Shown here in pieces: positions 1-13,709 of a stretch of DNA of 64,000 nucleotides; position 1 is the first letter of the stretch; every line of letters begins with the position of its first letter. The DNA is from Octopus bimaculoides (lineage: Eukaryota). The notes under the pieces are model-generated. The model had not been told where the DNA came from, made no database searches, and saw only the letters and a program-made list of their open reading frames with translations. A program made the translations under genes and the position numbers. The stretch spans positions 53,218,280 through 53,282,279 of the forward strand of contig NC_068983.1 in the NCBI RefSeq assembly GCF_001194135.2. Reading direction: 5' to 3'.

Positions 1-340
1 GGCCTGGCAAACCAGAAGGCTGCACCAGGCTCCAATCTGATCTGGCAGAGTTTCCACAGCTGGATGCCCTTCGTAACGCCAACCACTCCGAGAGTGTAGT
101 GGGTGCTTTTACGTGCCACCAGCACGAAGGCCAGTCAGGCTGTACTGGCAATGGCCATGCTCAAAATGGTGTTTTTTATATGCCACCTGCACAAGAGGCA
201 GTCCTCGCAATGACCTCGCTCAAATTTTTTTTTTTTCACCTGCCACCAGCACAAGTGCCAGTAAAGCGATGCTGGTAATGATCACGCTCAAATCGTGCTA
301 TTTACATGCCAATTCATCAATTTTTAGGTTTGTTAGTGAA
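1..340 (-). mobile_element. Fragment of abundant (GAT)n-tailed retroposon-like repeat family
   Basis: Core GGCTGCACCAGGCTCCAATCTGATCTGGCAGAGTTTC..CTGGATGCCCTT recurs at ~8810, ~23670, ~34020 and inverted at ~36000 in this window; other copies abut (CAT)n/(GAT)n tracts. Confidence 0.7.
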
Positions 341-1289
341 TATCAGATTACAGAGCAAAGGACTCTACCAAAATCTTCTCCAGATCAATAAATGCTTGAT
401 ATAAGGGCATACTTCTAGATATGTACTTTTTTTTGTATGTGTTCCACTAATAATTTACCATCAGTGGTAGTTTTCCTGAGACAAAGCTGAACTACATTTC
501 ATCAAAGCTAATCCTGTCCCTAATCAGTTTTGTCATAATGCTTTCTATAATTTTCATAACCTGATCCAACAGTTTAATGCTTTTACAGTTTCTGTTTTCT
601 TATGCATTTTCTTTGCTCTTCTAGCAGTTATATGATAATACTGCAGACCCAGTCGTTGGCTTGAACATCTTCTATTGTATTGTTTGAATTATTTTTCGAT
701 TGACTATCCTACACCATATTTCTCCAGGTAGTTTATGCCTCTTGGTGACTATCCTCAATGGTTTAGTTAATTTCCCTACATTCACATTCCTAAATGCTGT
801 CAACTAGATGAAAGATCCTTTTGTAGGGCTTATATGATGTAGGTGTTCCCCACACACTTTCCATATTCCACACTCTCTTCCTAGCCTGTTTCTTTCCAGT
901 GCCAGTGAAAGCCAGTCTACTTTTATCATTCCATATATACTTCTTAATAAAATCTTGATTGCTGATTGTGTGTGTGTGTGAGAGAGAGAGACACAGAGAG
1001 AGGGTGAGCATTACATTTGTTATATATATATATATATATATATATATCAATTACATCATCATCATCATCATTGTTTAATATCTGCCTTCCATGCTGGCAT
1101 AGGTGGGACAATTTGACAAGAGCCAGCCAAGCAGAAGCCTGCACCAGTCTGTTGAGGATGATTCAGTCAGCATAGGTGACTGGGAGATGAGAGATAGAGG
1201 ACTGAGTGATAAAAAGGTGCATGAGAAGGGAGATGAGGAATAGGTCGATGAAAGGGTAGTCATGAAGGGTCTGCAAATGTAGATTTAGC

Positions 1290-2630
1290 AGGGTACAAAA
1301 TATTTTAATCTCAAAACACTACCCTCTTACTACAGTACATTTTTCTGTGGGTAATTGAGTTTTCAGCATCACCACATATTAATAATCATTACAGTCTATT
1401 GCTGTCTCCTCTGTGAGATTCAGCCTTCACTAATATGTTCTAAATTCTCCTTAGTCTTCCTCTTCCACATTAATTTGGAGCAGTTTGCACTTCCTTATGC
1501 AACAGCCATCCTCCATGCACATCACATACCGACACCATCACAGCCTTCTTTCTTGTACACTGCACCTGATTTCTCTTATAGCCAGTATCCCTCTCAGCTC
1601 AGTTGTACTCTGGTATTCATGCACATCTAGTGGAACATGCTAGCTTCATTTCTTTCCAACCATCACACATCTTCTGCTTTCAAGGTCTACAACTCACTGC
1701 CATGGAGCATTGCAGCACTTTTTCCATAAGTGTCATATAATCTGTCCTTCACTCCAAAAGAAGGGATCTTAATTGCCTGGAGAGGCAATTCTACCTGAAC
1801 TTTTTCCAATGCAGTCTAACCCTGGGTACTTAACTTTCTGAATAGCTATTTCCTCTGCTAATTATGATACCTAGGTAACAGAAGCTATGAACTATTTCAA
1901 GTGACCTTTCCTTGCATATCAGAAAATTTATTTCTGGTATACTCTTAGTATGCATTGCTCCAGTGCATCTACCTCATACAAAGCATGTTGTCTCCATTAA
2001 CCTGCTGGTGGTTCCGCTACACTTGTTGTATCTCTGTAGAATTCACTGAGTAAAGTGAATTCCTACCTATTCCTTTTCAGCATATCATACAATGCCATTT
2101 CTCTGGTGTTACTAGAGTCCTGTCTTCTTTCTTACTTTATAACACCTTAGTCTTTGAAAAGTTTACACTGACACTTCTCACTTTTAAGTTTTGCTTCCAT
2201 TTCTGGTGATTTTTTGTTCTCTAATTCTACTATAGATTGAGATATAAAATCTAAATTCTCAGCATATAGGAAATTCTGTGGACATTTGGTCTTAGACTCC
2301 TCTGTGATGGCCTGTAGGATCATGATGGACAGAAGAGATGTTGAATACTGATTCTTGCATGCTAAATTCATCACTGAAGTCATTGTTGACTCTCACTTTA
2401 TTTGCTGCATTTTTGTACATAGCTTGTACAACCCTCACAAGTCCTTCTTTTACACCTTGTTTCCTTAGTGACTGTCAGATTGTAGAGCATAGCCTGGGTA
2501 TAAAGCCAAACTGCGTTTTACCTTGGTTAACTCTGTTTCTAATCAATTATGCAATGACTCTCTCCATGTTCTTCATAATTTTGTCCAACTATTTGATGCC
2601 TCCACAACTTCCTCTCTCTATATAATATCT
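1290..2630 (-). mobile_element. Degenerate RTE-type non-LTR retrotransposon, RT and C-terminal region
   Basis: Minus ORF 2147-2383 contains SLLSIMILQAITEES..FLYAENL (decayed SPLLF..LYADDL); FCYLG motif near 1870-1885; multiple stops. Confidence 0.75.
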
Positions 2631-3551
2631 CTTTTACCTTTGTAGCAGTTTACAAGGATATATAAATATGCATCCTTAAATGTATATATATTACATATAT
2701 TACATGATACACACACTACAGTGTTACCTGTCATATAACAGGAAACTTTGGAAGTATTCTTTTGCCACCATGAGTAATATCAGGAAACATGGCATTTATG
2801 CAATAATTGTAATTTAAATTTGATCAAATGTTTTGGTGATTGTACAAAATGATGAAATGAAGTCTAAGAAAAATATTTATTAACTTAATATAAAGTTGAA
2901 TAAAACGAATTTCTCATTTGTATATTTGCAATAAATATGATATTATTTTTCTGAATTTTATTTGTACAGTCACAACTATTCCATTGAAAACCTATCTCTG
3001 CAAATTTCATTAACAACTTCATAATTTTCTCAAAGGTGTAAGGTACTCATGCTGGACCTCTTATGTTAATCCTCCTTGTAGCTTTCTTTTACCCTCTTCT
3101 CTCAAAATAATATAAAATGTTACTTGAGAAATTTACCAACCAGCTACCAACATTTATATTGGCTGTTATTAAATATATTTTCTCCCTCACTGTATGTAGC
3201 ATTCTTATACCCATTATCTCACCCTATAAACTATTTACCAAGTTTATCTTTCTAATTAAACTGTAGTTATGCCTCTAAGTGTATGCATGTGTGTGACTTT
3301 GACAGAAGAGTGTATGTATGTGTGTGGAAGCATGTGTCATGTATTTGGTATCTAACAACTACATAACTTTTTCTCATCTCTAGCTTTCCCTGTACGACCA
3401 CATGTCAACTTCTGCATTCCTCCATCAACATCTACTTCTTATGATGCCTCTCTCTCTATCTCACTTTTACATTCACTTGTTCTCACTTTATGATATAAAG
3501 TATGACAGAAGCTGTCAACCAATCAACCAGTCAACAGACATTCATATTGGC

Positions 3552-3587
<36 letters not shown>

Positions 3588-3803
3588 TAAGTCAGTGAAC
3601 TGGCAGAATCATTAGCACACTGGATGAAATGCTTAGTGGTATTTCAACCATCACTATGTTCTGAGTTCAAATTCCATTGAGGTTAATTTTGCTTTTCATC
3701 TTTACAGGGTTAATAAATTAAATACCAGTGAAACACTTGGGTTGATGTAATCGACTATTCTCTTCCCCAAAATTTCAGGCCTTGTGCCTATAGTAGAAAG
3801 GAT
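3588..3803 (+). mobile_element. tRNA-derived SINE (family with CTTTCATC-TTT-GGGGTC-ATAAA core)
   Basis: Head CTGGCAGAA..TGAGTTCAAATTCC and core similar to copies at 19027, 30561 and 37794; flanked by (ATT)n. Confidence 0.75.
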
Positions 3804-3969
3804 TGTTATTATTATTATTAGTAGCAGTAATAATATTAGTATTGTTATTCTGTAGGGGGAGTTGACTTTGCCTCTCATCCTTTTGGGGTCAATAAAATAG
3901 GTACCAGCTGAACACTGTGCTTGATGTAATAGGCTTGCCCATTCCTTGTGTCAAAATTTGAAACCATTA

Positions 3970-6900
3970 TCATTCTTCTTCTTATTATTATTGTTGTTGT
4001 TGTTGTCATTCTGAAAGACTCTCGGACAGCTCTTAATTACCGGTTATTCTTTACTTGAAAGCAGGCAATAACAAATCACCAAAGGTTTCAAGTAGTGCCT
4101 TCTCCTGTGACTCAAAGAGACAATACTCTCCTTAGAATGGGAGCTGTACCCAATGATGCTGTCTTCTGGATCATCTTGAGCCTGACAGCAGCTTCAATAT
4201 TCTTAATATGTTTTTCAAAGCCCTTGGAAACTGCTCCTAATGCTCCGATTACCTTCGGTATCACTATTACTTTCCTCATGCTCCATAACTTTCCTATTTC
4301 ATCCCACAGTGGCTGGTATTTCTCAATCTTTTCTATTTCCTTACATTCCATCCTTGAATTGCCTGGTATCACAACATCTATTATCTTTATTTCTTTTTCA
4401 TTTTTATGGATGAGCATGATATCTGGTCATCTTGCCTTTATGAGTATTTTGTAATGTCTTCTATTACTCTCTCTGGCTTGTGTTCATAGCATGGTTCGGC
4501 TCTCTTGAGGTTTACTTCATCGCACAACAGCCAGTGGACATATCGGACCACATTGTTGTGTCTCCTTTTATATTCATGTTGTGTGAGCTGACAACACTCA
4601 CTAACAATATGGCTTATACTTTCTCCCTTCTCAGAGTACATCTTACACTGTGGCAATTCAGTGCTTTTATCAATGTGATATTTGGAGTAGTTTGTTCTGA
4701 GAGCTTTTCTTGAGCGCTGCACACTAATGCCTCAGTTGGCCCTTTTAAGTCTCCTTTCTGCAGCCATTGTCAGGTTCTATTCCAATCAATCTCATCTTTA
4801 TTGTTCAAGAACTGATTGTGCATTTTCTTGTCCTGCCAAATTTTCTTCATCTGCTCTCTCTGGTCTTTCATAAACTGTGTTGGATCTACGGCTTCATTCA
4901 CTTTTAAGGTTCCCTGCATTTTCACTACTTCAACCATTTCTTCTTCACTCCCCTTGACATACCAAGCCAGGCTATTCTCCTCTTCCCTTACACAACCTTC
5001 ACAACACATCAATCCCTGTCCACCTTCCCTCCTCTTTACATATAATCTTGACACATCACACTTGGGGTGTAGTTCCTTGTTCATTGTCATTAATTTACAT
5101 GTTCTCCAGTCTATCTCTTGTAATTCATTCTTCTTCCAAGATACTATTCCTGCCCCATATTTCATCAAAGCAACTGCCCACATGTTAACTGCTCTAATTT
5201 TATAGTGGTCATTTAGATTCGACTGGAGCACAAGCCGAGTTCTCAAATACTCTTTCTTGTACATTTCTTTCATTTTGTATTCATTCATCTTATCTCTTTC
5301 AATGATACCCAGGTACTTATATCCTTCCTCTCCGATCTCTCTTATAGTTTCACCACTTTCCAGCTGGATATCACGGCTTTTACTGATTTTCCCCCTTTTG
5401 AGAATCATTACACCACATTTCTTGATCCCAAATTCTGTGCCAATATCTTTGCTAATCATCTGCACAGTTTCCATCAAACTCCCAATTTCTTTCTCAGTCT
5501 TAGCGAATAGCTTTAGGTCATCCATAAACCACAGGTTGTTTACTTTCACCCTGCCTAGCATGTACCCCAGATGCATCTTTCTTAAAACACTCATTAATGG
5601 CAGTATTCAGACAACAAATAGGAGAGGCGACAGATTGTCCCCTCAAAAGATTCCTCTTTAAATATTTACCTCTCCTAGCTTATCTCCCTCTACTGTGAGT
5701 TCAGTTTGCCATGTTGTCACTGAGTTTTGTATTAACTTCAGGATATTGCGGGAGACCTTAAGTAGTTTAAGGCTTTCAATAATCCACGATTGTAGGACCA
5801 TGTCATATTCTTTCCTGTAGTTCACTCATGCCATCGCCAAATTTTTGTCTCACTCTTGCAATCAGCCAAGGTAGTCTTATCGATTAGTAATTGATCCTTT
5901 GTTCCTCTGCTCTTATGTCTACACCCTTTTTGTTCCACTGGTCGTAGGTCGTTCTCATCTAGGTACTTATAGATATTGTTTGATATGGTGCCCGTCATCA
6001 GTTTCCACATCAGTGGCAAACAAGATATTGGTCGGAAATTTCCAACCACATTCCCTTTACTTGGGTCCTTCTGGTATAGTATCCTTCTTCCATTTGTCAT
6101 CCAGGCCAGTACTTGGATGTCACTACTCAGTATTTCATCCATCTGTCTCACAATTCCCCTGTGCAGAGCTGTCAAGTTTTTAAGCCAAAAGCCCTGAACC
6201 CCATCTGTGCCAGACACTTTCCAGTTTGGAATTTTCCTGCATTGATCTCTAATCATCTCCTTGTTTATTCTGAAATCCTCCTGCTGATACTCTCCACTCT
6301 CCTCTTTGAATGTCTTTAACCACTCTACTTCAGTTTCGTGTTGTTTCTCTCAAGACCATATGTTTGTCCAGAATCTTTTGCTTTCTTCAGCATCCGGCAC
6401 AGCTTTTTCACCTTTTTCTTTCCTATCCAGTTCCTAATAGACTTGTTTCTGATTTTATTCAAAATGTTTGTTTAATCTGTACTGCTCAGTTATCTGTTCA
6501 TATCTCTTTAGTTTATGTTTTTTAGCTTCCAACCTCTGTTTTAATTCCTCAATCACAACATTGTTTCCCTTTATCTTCACCCTATACTTCCTCTCTAGCT
6601 CAAAATATTTCTCTCGCTGAACTTCATTTCTGTTTTTTACCATTCCAGAATATTAATATGCTTTCTAGTCTCGTTAATAGACTGCATTATTCTCCTTTTC
6701 CATCATGGTTCCTTCAGGTTATATTAACATTTACCTTTGGCTTTCAAACCAAACTTCCGGGCTATAAAGATCAAGATTGCATTTTTCAGATTGTTGATGT
6801 TTGTGATGTTGTCATTCTTGATATCATCATTTATCTTCCTAACTCATTCGTTGAGTCTCCTTCTGTCTACTTTTTTAAACCCCCATATGAAAGCTCTGTT

Positions 6901-7770
6901 TATCAGAGGTCCAAATATCAATGATTTCATTTAAAATGGATATCTGTTCCATCACTTTCCTGATCAAAAATCTCAGCCTCATACTCATTTTCTTCCTTTA
7001 ACTCTACTGCCATAGTTTCACTATCTGCATTCTCTTCCTTATCTTTCCGTTCACTGCTGGTCTTACTGTACCTAAGCACCCGTCTGTTAATGCTTTCTAG
7101 TTCAACTGGAGATAACCATTTATTCTTTCTGATGGCTCTAGCTTGGTCACACAGATTCTGTTCACTTAATTCAAATAGGCCTCTGTTGCTCCATCTGTGC
7201 ATTCTTTTCCTATATCCCCTAGCAGGTACTTCATTATCAGAAAGTAGCACTCCATTACAGCCACATTCATTTCTTTCATCCACCTTCTTTCAGCAGTTGC
7301 TTGATGACAATTGGGTCCATGCTGCTCACCTGTGGGGCACCCACCAGGTGAGAGACCTTCACAAGGCATTCCAGCCTCATTCATGCCATTCTTATTTCTA
7401 TTTTTATTTGACATTTCAGCACTCATGATGAGAGTTAGTGAATTTTAGGTTACACAACCATCAGTATTTTATTTTTCCTGTGACACCATCACTGACAAGA
7501 TCTCCACCCTAGGATATAGGATTCCTGTAATCCTGGTTTAATTTTTGGAGTCTCCATCTTCTAGAAGGAGTGTTCAAGCATTATGATTGCTTCTGCCTCT
7601 TAGGTATATGCTATTTTGGTGGCCGTTACCTCATAAGTGTTCATTAGCCTTTATACAGGTCTTGTTCTTCTTCTTGTAGGGTGTCAAAATAACAAGAATC
7701 ATACACCCTCCTCACAGAGCAAGGTTTGCGGGGTTGCCGGTTTAGTTGTCAACATCCCAACCGAAGAAAA
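3970..7770 (-). mobile_element. Near full-length but inactivated R4/Dong-like non-LTR retrotransposon (RT plus restriction-like endonuclease)
   Basis: Collinear minus-strand ORF pieces: N-terminal RW..EMN.AVMECY/GYRKRMH; WKVSGTDGVQGFWLK; FRPISCLPLMWKL; EQKGCR..SRGTKDQLLID; GIF*GDNLSP; FMDDLKLF (~5510-5530); YKYLGI; zinc-knuckle-like ESISHIVSEC..EYKRRHNNV; PDIML..IIDV..EKIEKY nuclease; ends in (AAC/AAT)n tract at ~3975-4005; frameshifts and stops between pieces. Confidence 0.9.
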
Positions 7771-7965
7771 AAATAAACAAATAAATACTTCAATCCCTGT
7801 CTGAATACAGGGAAGAGGTGGTGGGCACATCAGCCTCATGGCAAAGCGGTCTTTTTATCACAGTAGCTAGATAGAAATATTTGGAGAAGATAAATAAAAA
7901 AAAAGAAAAGGCGAAGAGGAAATGTTTAAGAAATGTACTACTAGCTTCATGGCAAAGCGGTCTTT

Positions 7966-7966
<1 letters not shown>

Positions 7967-8002
<36 letters not shown>

Positions 8003-8022
8003 GATTATTATTATTATTTTTA
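7967..8022. repeat. (ATT)n microsatellite
   Basis: Directly visible. Confidence 0.95.
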
Positions 8023-8655
8023 TTTAAGATATTGCACAGTATCCAATATCATGATGTTGATTGAAGATATTGTGTCTACCAGGGGTTTGTACTGTCTGTC
8101 AAGTCACAAGAACCCCAGTCTGACAGTACTTTATGCAATATGCCTGAGCTTCTGATGATGATGATGATGATGATGATGATGGTGATGGTGGTGGTGGTGA
8201 TGGTGATGATGTAATTCAAGCATTATACAGCCTCTCCCTGGCTGAAATAATAATGCAATCACATTTTTTCGATGCTATTGACATATGGAAAAAGGAGGAG
8301 GAAGTTTTCCTGATGAACCTTTTCATACGTTATTGATTCTTTCTCAAAGAAAATATACCTGGCTTCCTTTCTGCAACCACTAGCATAGTTCAACTGATAT
8401 ATATATAAAGCAGTCGCAAATTTGATTAACCGAATTTGCATATTTGTGCATTGACAGCTTGTCATTAATTAAACAATATCTATCTCATGCACAACAGTGT
8501 AAATCAGAAGAACTGAAATATTACAAAGCTTCACTGTAGGTTTTGCCCCATAATCTTTGTCTGACCAATGTCTTTTAAGTGAATTTAGGAAATGGAAGCT
8601 GTGTGGAAGTCCATCGTGTGTGTGTGGGGGGGGGGGTGTATGTATCTATATGTGC

Positions 8656-8705
<50 letters not shown>

Positions 8706-8740
<35 letters not shown>

Positions 8741-9075
8741 TTAATGTCTGTTGACCATGCTGGCATGGGTTGGATGGTTTGACTGGGCTGGCATGCTCGA
8801 AGGCTGCACCAGGCTCCAGTCTGATTTGGTTTTCTATGGCTGGATGCCCTTCCTAACGCCAACTGCTCTGAAAGTGTAATGAGTGCTTTATATGTGCCAC
8901 TGGTATGGGTACCATTTGCGCGACACCAGTATCTGCTACGACTGTGATTTTGCACGGATTGACGGGTTTTCTTCTCAAGCTCAAAATAATGCTAAAGTTC
9001 TTGGTCATTTCCTCCGTGAGGTCCAACACTAGAAAGGAACCCAGCCACTTTGCTGCCATCACACCCAATGCTCAG
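8706..9075 (-). mobile_element. (GAT)n-tailed retroposon-like repeat copy
   Basis: (CAT)n then TTTAATGTC..CCATGCTGGCATGGGTTGGA..GGCTGCACCAGGCTCC core. Confidence 0.75.
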
Positions 9076-12000
9076 AGAGAGAGAGAGAGAGCAAAAGAGA
9101 ATATATAAATTTTACAAGGAAAAGTCACTATCAACCTTTTCCTTTTAAAAGTTAATAAATATATACGTAACTAAAAAGTATTGAGTAATCCTTTGGTTTG
9201 CTATTAAATTGTTGTTATGTCATTTGACTTACTAAACAATCACTTTCATTTATATGTTTTCACAAGATGAGTTTTACATAAATAATACACAAAAAACAAA
9301 AGGGAGAAAAAGAAAACATCACATGTTACTTTAAGATTTTCATACGAGAAAAGTTTTTGTGAATAAATTTTAGCGTATCTTGTGACCAAAAGAGGTTTTA
9401 TAGCAGGAGAAAAATCATATCTGACTGGCATCCGGGTTTTTGCTGTCATTTGGCTTATCTAGGTGATTCTTCCATCATAAGTAAAGACTATGTTTGATTT
9501 ATTTCAGATTAATTGATAAAATAGGCACATTATGCATGACATTTCCAAAGGGAGGGACATAACTTTTGGTCTGTGTTTTCTTTTTCTCTTGCTTCATATG
9601 TACTTTTAATAGGAGTATATGTTGGTTAATATTTTCAGGAAATAATATTTATACTCATATAGAACGAAGGAGCTTCTTTTTATTAATTTCATTACATTGT
9701 TTCAATATATTATATTAAAGTTTTTATGATAATGAGCTAGACAGTAGATTGAGTTTATTGACAAAAAATAATAATAAAGATATTATTCTAATCTTATATC
9801 ATCAAAGCATCGAATCATTTTTTATGTTGTTCTCTTTGAATATTTCGTGCAGCTGTTTTTCGTTCATATTTTCTCATCATACTGAATTCTTTTGCCTAAG
9901 TTCTTCCTGATATTCTCCTTGCTGTTGTTCGTTCATATTAATCCTTCACACTTCTCTCAATGTCGTTGCCTATAAACAGCTATGTTATTACTGTTCATGT
10001 GCCCTATATGTATCTGTTTACTGTCTCTTCAATATTGTTGGCAACTTTCACATTCTTACTCATTCATGTGTTGGCTCTTCTTACTCATTGGTTTGGTCTT
10101 AAATTCTTGTTTTTCCTGTCTGTTTTACTGTCATCTTTTATCTGTGTTGTTTCATTCATTTTCTTGCTACTGAAAGTCTTTGATTTTATTCCATGGTGAA
10201 TCATAATTAAGTATAAAATAAGAAAAAAATTCATTGTGCAAAATATCTTACAAAAGCGCAAAAAGATATTAAGTAAAAATTCTTTATTTATCATAGACAG
10301 AGAAGGACTTGTACCTCTAGAGACTAATAGTTTTGTCTACAGTAGCAAGAAAAATCTAGTGGGTTCTTTTGTTTCAAAACTTCCAACCCAAGGGAAATAT
10401 TAGCTTACAGGAAAACATGTGTTGGATGGCAACAAAAAGAGCATCTGGCTATAGAAAATCTGCCTCAACAAATTCTTTCTGATCTATGCAAGCATGGAAA
10501 AGTGGTCATTAGAATGATGATGATGTAATATTGGAAATGTGGTGGTAATTGAAATCTTGCAAATATCAAGCCTTTAAATTTGGATACATAGATAATTAGA
10601 ACCATTATGAAGAATGTAAACAAAATAAAGCTTCTGCCAAGGCAATCTCATTATTGTCAGTAAAGGTAACTTATTCAAACAATAAATATTTGGAAAAAAG
10701 GAAGATATATTTGCTGTATGGGTAGATGATGAAAAGAAATGCAACATGAACTTAAACTAAGTGATCATTACAATCATTTATATGATGAAGAAGATTATTT
10801 AAAAACATTCATAGCTAGCAGTGTTTGGTATGATAGATTCAAATGTGTGGCTTAACCTACACAGCATCTGCATTTCTGGAGACTCTTCAAATGCAGACAT
10901 CCAAGCAACCAGGGTGTTTCCCCAAGGTTCTTAAGAATAGCATTGAATAAGGCAACTTCTCTCCCCAACTTATATTTAATGTAGAAAAAAAGAGAAGACA
11001 TCATTTAGCTCTGCTACTTGGTGGTAATCTTTCAGTAGACTTTAATAATATCAAGGCCTAATATTGTGGCTTCATACTACCATTGTATTTTCAAGCAAAC
11101 CAGCAACTCTGCTGGGGGCTTGTTGCTTGATTGTATGCTACATACCTTTGTTGTGCAGTTTGTTTTGCTTGATATCAACATTACCTGTGTCACTGGATAC
11201 TAGTTCATTTGCAGCATTCATACCCAGTGATGATTGAAGCATCCCTGCCAGAAGCTTGGTTCATAGTAGAACTATTTAAAAAGGATGACAACTCAATAAA
11301 CTTTGCAGATATGAGTTATAGAAGTGACTTTCTCTCAGTTTGTCATGTCTTCACTGAAACGGTATAAAATATCCAAAGTATATGAAAACATATGCTGCAG
11401 CATGTAACAGCATCCATGCTGACAGATCCATTGTGTGCTGACAAGCTTAGCTCCAATGGATATTCATATTTTCCTTCTTGTTTTGAGTACTGATGCACAG
11501 TAGCCTGAGCTATAAAGTGGTAGAGTTGCTACAGTATGGTGAAAAATTCTCTTCTAACCTTTATATTTCATATGCAGTCAATCTCAAACAGGTGAGTTGG
11601 TGTTACACAATATATGTTGACTGCAAATAAGACCTTGGCTTGCAGCTTCACTTGAACATCCATTTTTTCCTTTATTTTTTGCTCATCATCAAAGGGTCAG
11701 CATAACATTGGTAGCACATAACTGGGTCTCAACACCAGTAGATTTCAGCACTGTATAGATGAAGCTGCTAATTGTCAAATATATTCTTTGTGGATAGCAT
11801 TGCCTGAAAACATAAACTACAAGTTATAACTATTCAGTTTCCAAAATGCTCTTCTTTCATCTTTTGATAATGCAAAAGAGTCTTAGACACTTGGACCATT
11901 TCTTTCTTTAATTACTGATACCATTATAGGAAGGAACTAATTTTCAAAATTATAGTGTAAATATTTTTCACTGACAATTAAGTTATATTTGATATCATGT

Positions 12001-12489
12001 CTATTATTTCTTGCATATTTCTTTGTACTTTTCACCATGTTCACATCTTCTTTGGGAAATATGTTGTGGTGAAGTTAATCATAAAATGAGGCCCATGTGA
12101 GTAGATGGTGCATGTATGCACAAATTTGCTTTGAATGGGCTTTGTTGATCATGTATTAGCACAGATGTATTCCTTTCTTAAAGATTTCTATTGCAGTCCT
12201 TCCTTTTAGAAGAAGCTATCTTTTCATCCATCGTGCAATTGTTGTGAATAAGTGTCAGCATCATAAAACATGGTCCTTTGTTTCTAATCTTCTATGAAAA
12301 CATGTCCAACCATGATGGAATATTACCTCGCTTGTGAACATGTGTGGGTTGGCAACATGTAGGGCATTTGGCCATAGAAAATCTAAATGAATTCTGTCTG
12401 ACCTATTGGCATGAAAAAGTGGAGGTTACAATCATGAGAAACAGAGAGAGAGAGAGAGGGAGAGAATCATAGTGTCGTAATCTAAGAAT

Positions 12490-12780
12490 TGTAAAACAGA
12501 TACTAGTATTTGTCACACACTGTACTAACATTATCTGATACAGAAGTCTATATTTGGTGTAGAATGTGAAGACATTATATCAAATGGTGATAGTTTACTT
12601 AAGTTTCACTTAGCAATTGCTCGCAGTTGTACAACAGCTACACACTCTTTAACAAACTCACCATCAGTGTATGGCTTCACTTTCTTTGTAGTTAACTTGC
12701 ACATTTCATAACTTCTGTTAAGGAAATCTTTTTATTATGTCATTTGAAATAGAATGCTGTTTGCATAAAGTTTCTTTTAA
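12490..12780 (-). mobile_element. hAT (SPIN/GTF2IRD2-like) transposase fragment
   Basis: Minus translation RSYEMCKLTTKKVKPYTDGEFVKEC matches the recalled ASY...AK..KPFTDGEF.KEC signature; flanks decayed. Confidence 0.65.
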
Positions 12781-13609
12781 AATTGATAGAAGTTTTTCCT
12801 ATTCATTATGCTTGATCAAATTGTAGGCTTTGAAGATAGTAGTTTTTATAAACTACATCTGAATCTACAAATAATTCATACTATTTTTGATATAGTTTTA
12901 TTAAAAATAATTATATGTCTATTTCTCATCAAAGAACTAAAGTCAGCAATTCATTTTCTCAGTTCTGTCATAGAAGGGATTTTATCTATGCGGTTTATAA
13001 ACTCATTTAAAAATCTTTAAAAAAAAGCAAATGAACTACAAAATTTTATTTGGTTATCACAAATTTATTTATGCCTTATGGGCTATTGAAAGCAACTTAT
13101 CTTTAATCAATGTTTTTCAACTGTCAATGTTATATGTATATATATTTGAAAACTTCGTTAGCAAGCTGTTTCAAACTTAAAATGAAGGTAAAATTTCACC
13201 TATGGGTAAAGGGTTTCCTAATCTTGACGTAAATAATTCAATTATTGGAGTAATAAAAATTAACTGATAGCACATGGCATAACAAAAGAAGAACAAATAA
13301 GGATAATTAAGAGCATAACTAAAACTGTTGAATATGTGAAATTTTTGGTTGTATGAATGGAATTTGTCTTAGATAATTTTTATGAGAGTATACATTTATA
13401 TAATACAGTGATATGTTTTTGTGAGACTCAATCATTGGTCCAATTCCAATTTCTACTCAAAACTACCTAATTCATCTCACAAATGCCGTTATAAGGGTAT
13501 GAGTGTCACATCATCTTGTTTTTCTGTTTATGTATGTAATTATATTAATTTAATAAAAACATCTACTTACTATTCATTATGGCCTTACACTCCACATTAT
13601 TTTATGAGA

Positions 13610-13647
<38 letters not shown>

Positions 13648-13657
<10 letters not shown>

Positions 13658-13709
13658 GGTTTTTAAACTTTTAAATTTTCATATAAAAGTTTAAAAACCT
13701 TATAATATA
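13648..13709. repeat. Perfect 26-bp inverted repeat with 10-nt spacer
   Basis: TATATTATAAGGTTTTTAAACTTTTA (13648-13673) is the exact reverse complement of 13684-13709; abuts a (TA)n tract. Confidence 0.95.

Noticed and set aside
4095-7428. Many plus-strand ORFs of 70-134 aa
   Set aside because: Antisense shadows of the minus-strand retrotransposon ORF
9463-9480. Possible 18-nt phase-1 microexon GTGATTCTTCCATCATAA
   Set aside because: Splice signals are only moderate, and such short matches are frequent by chance
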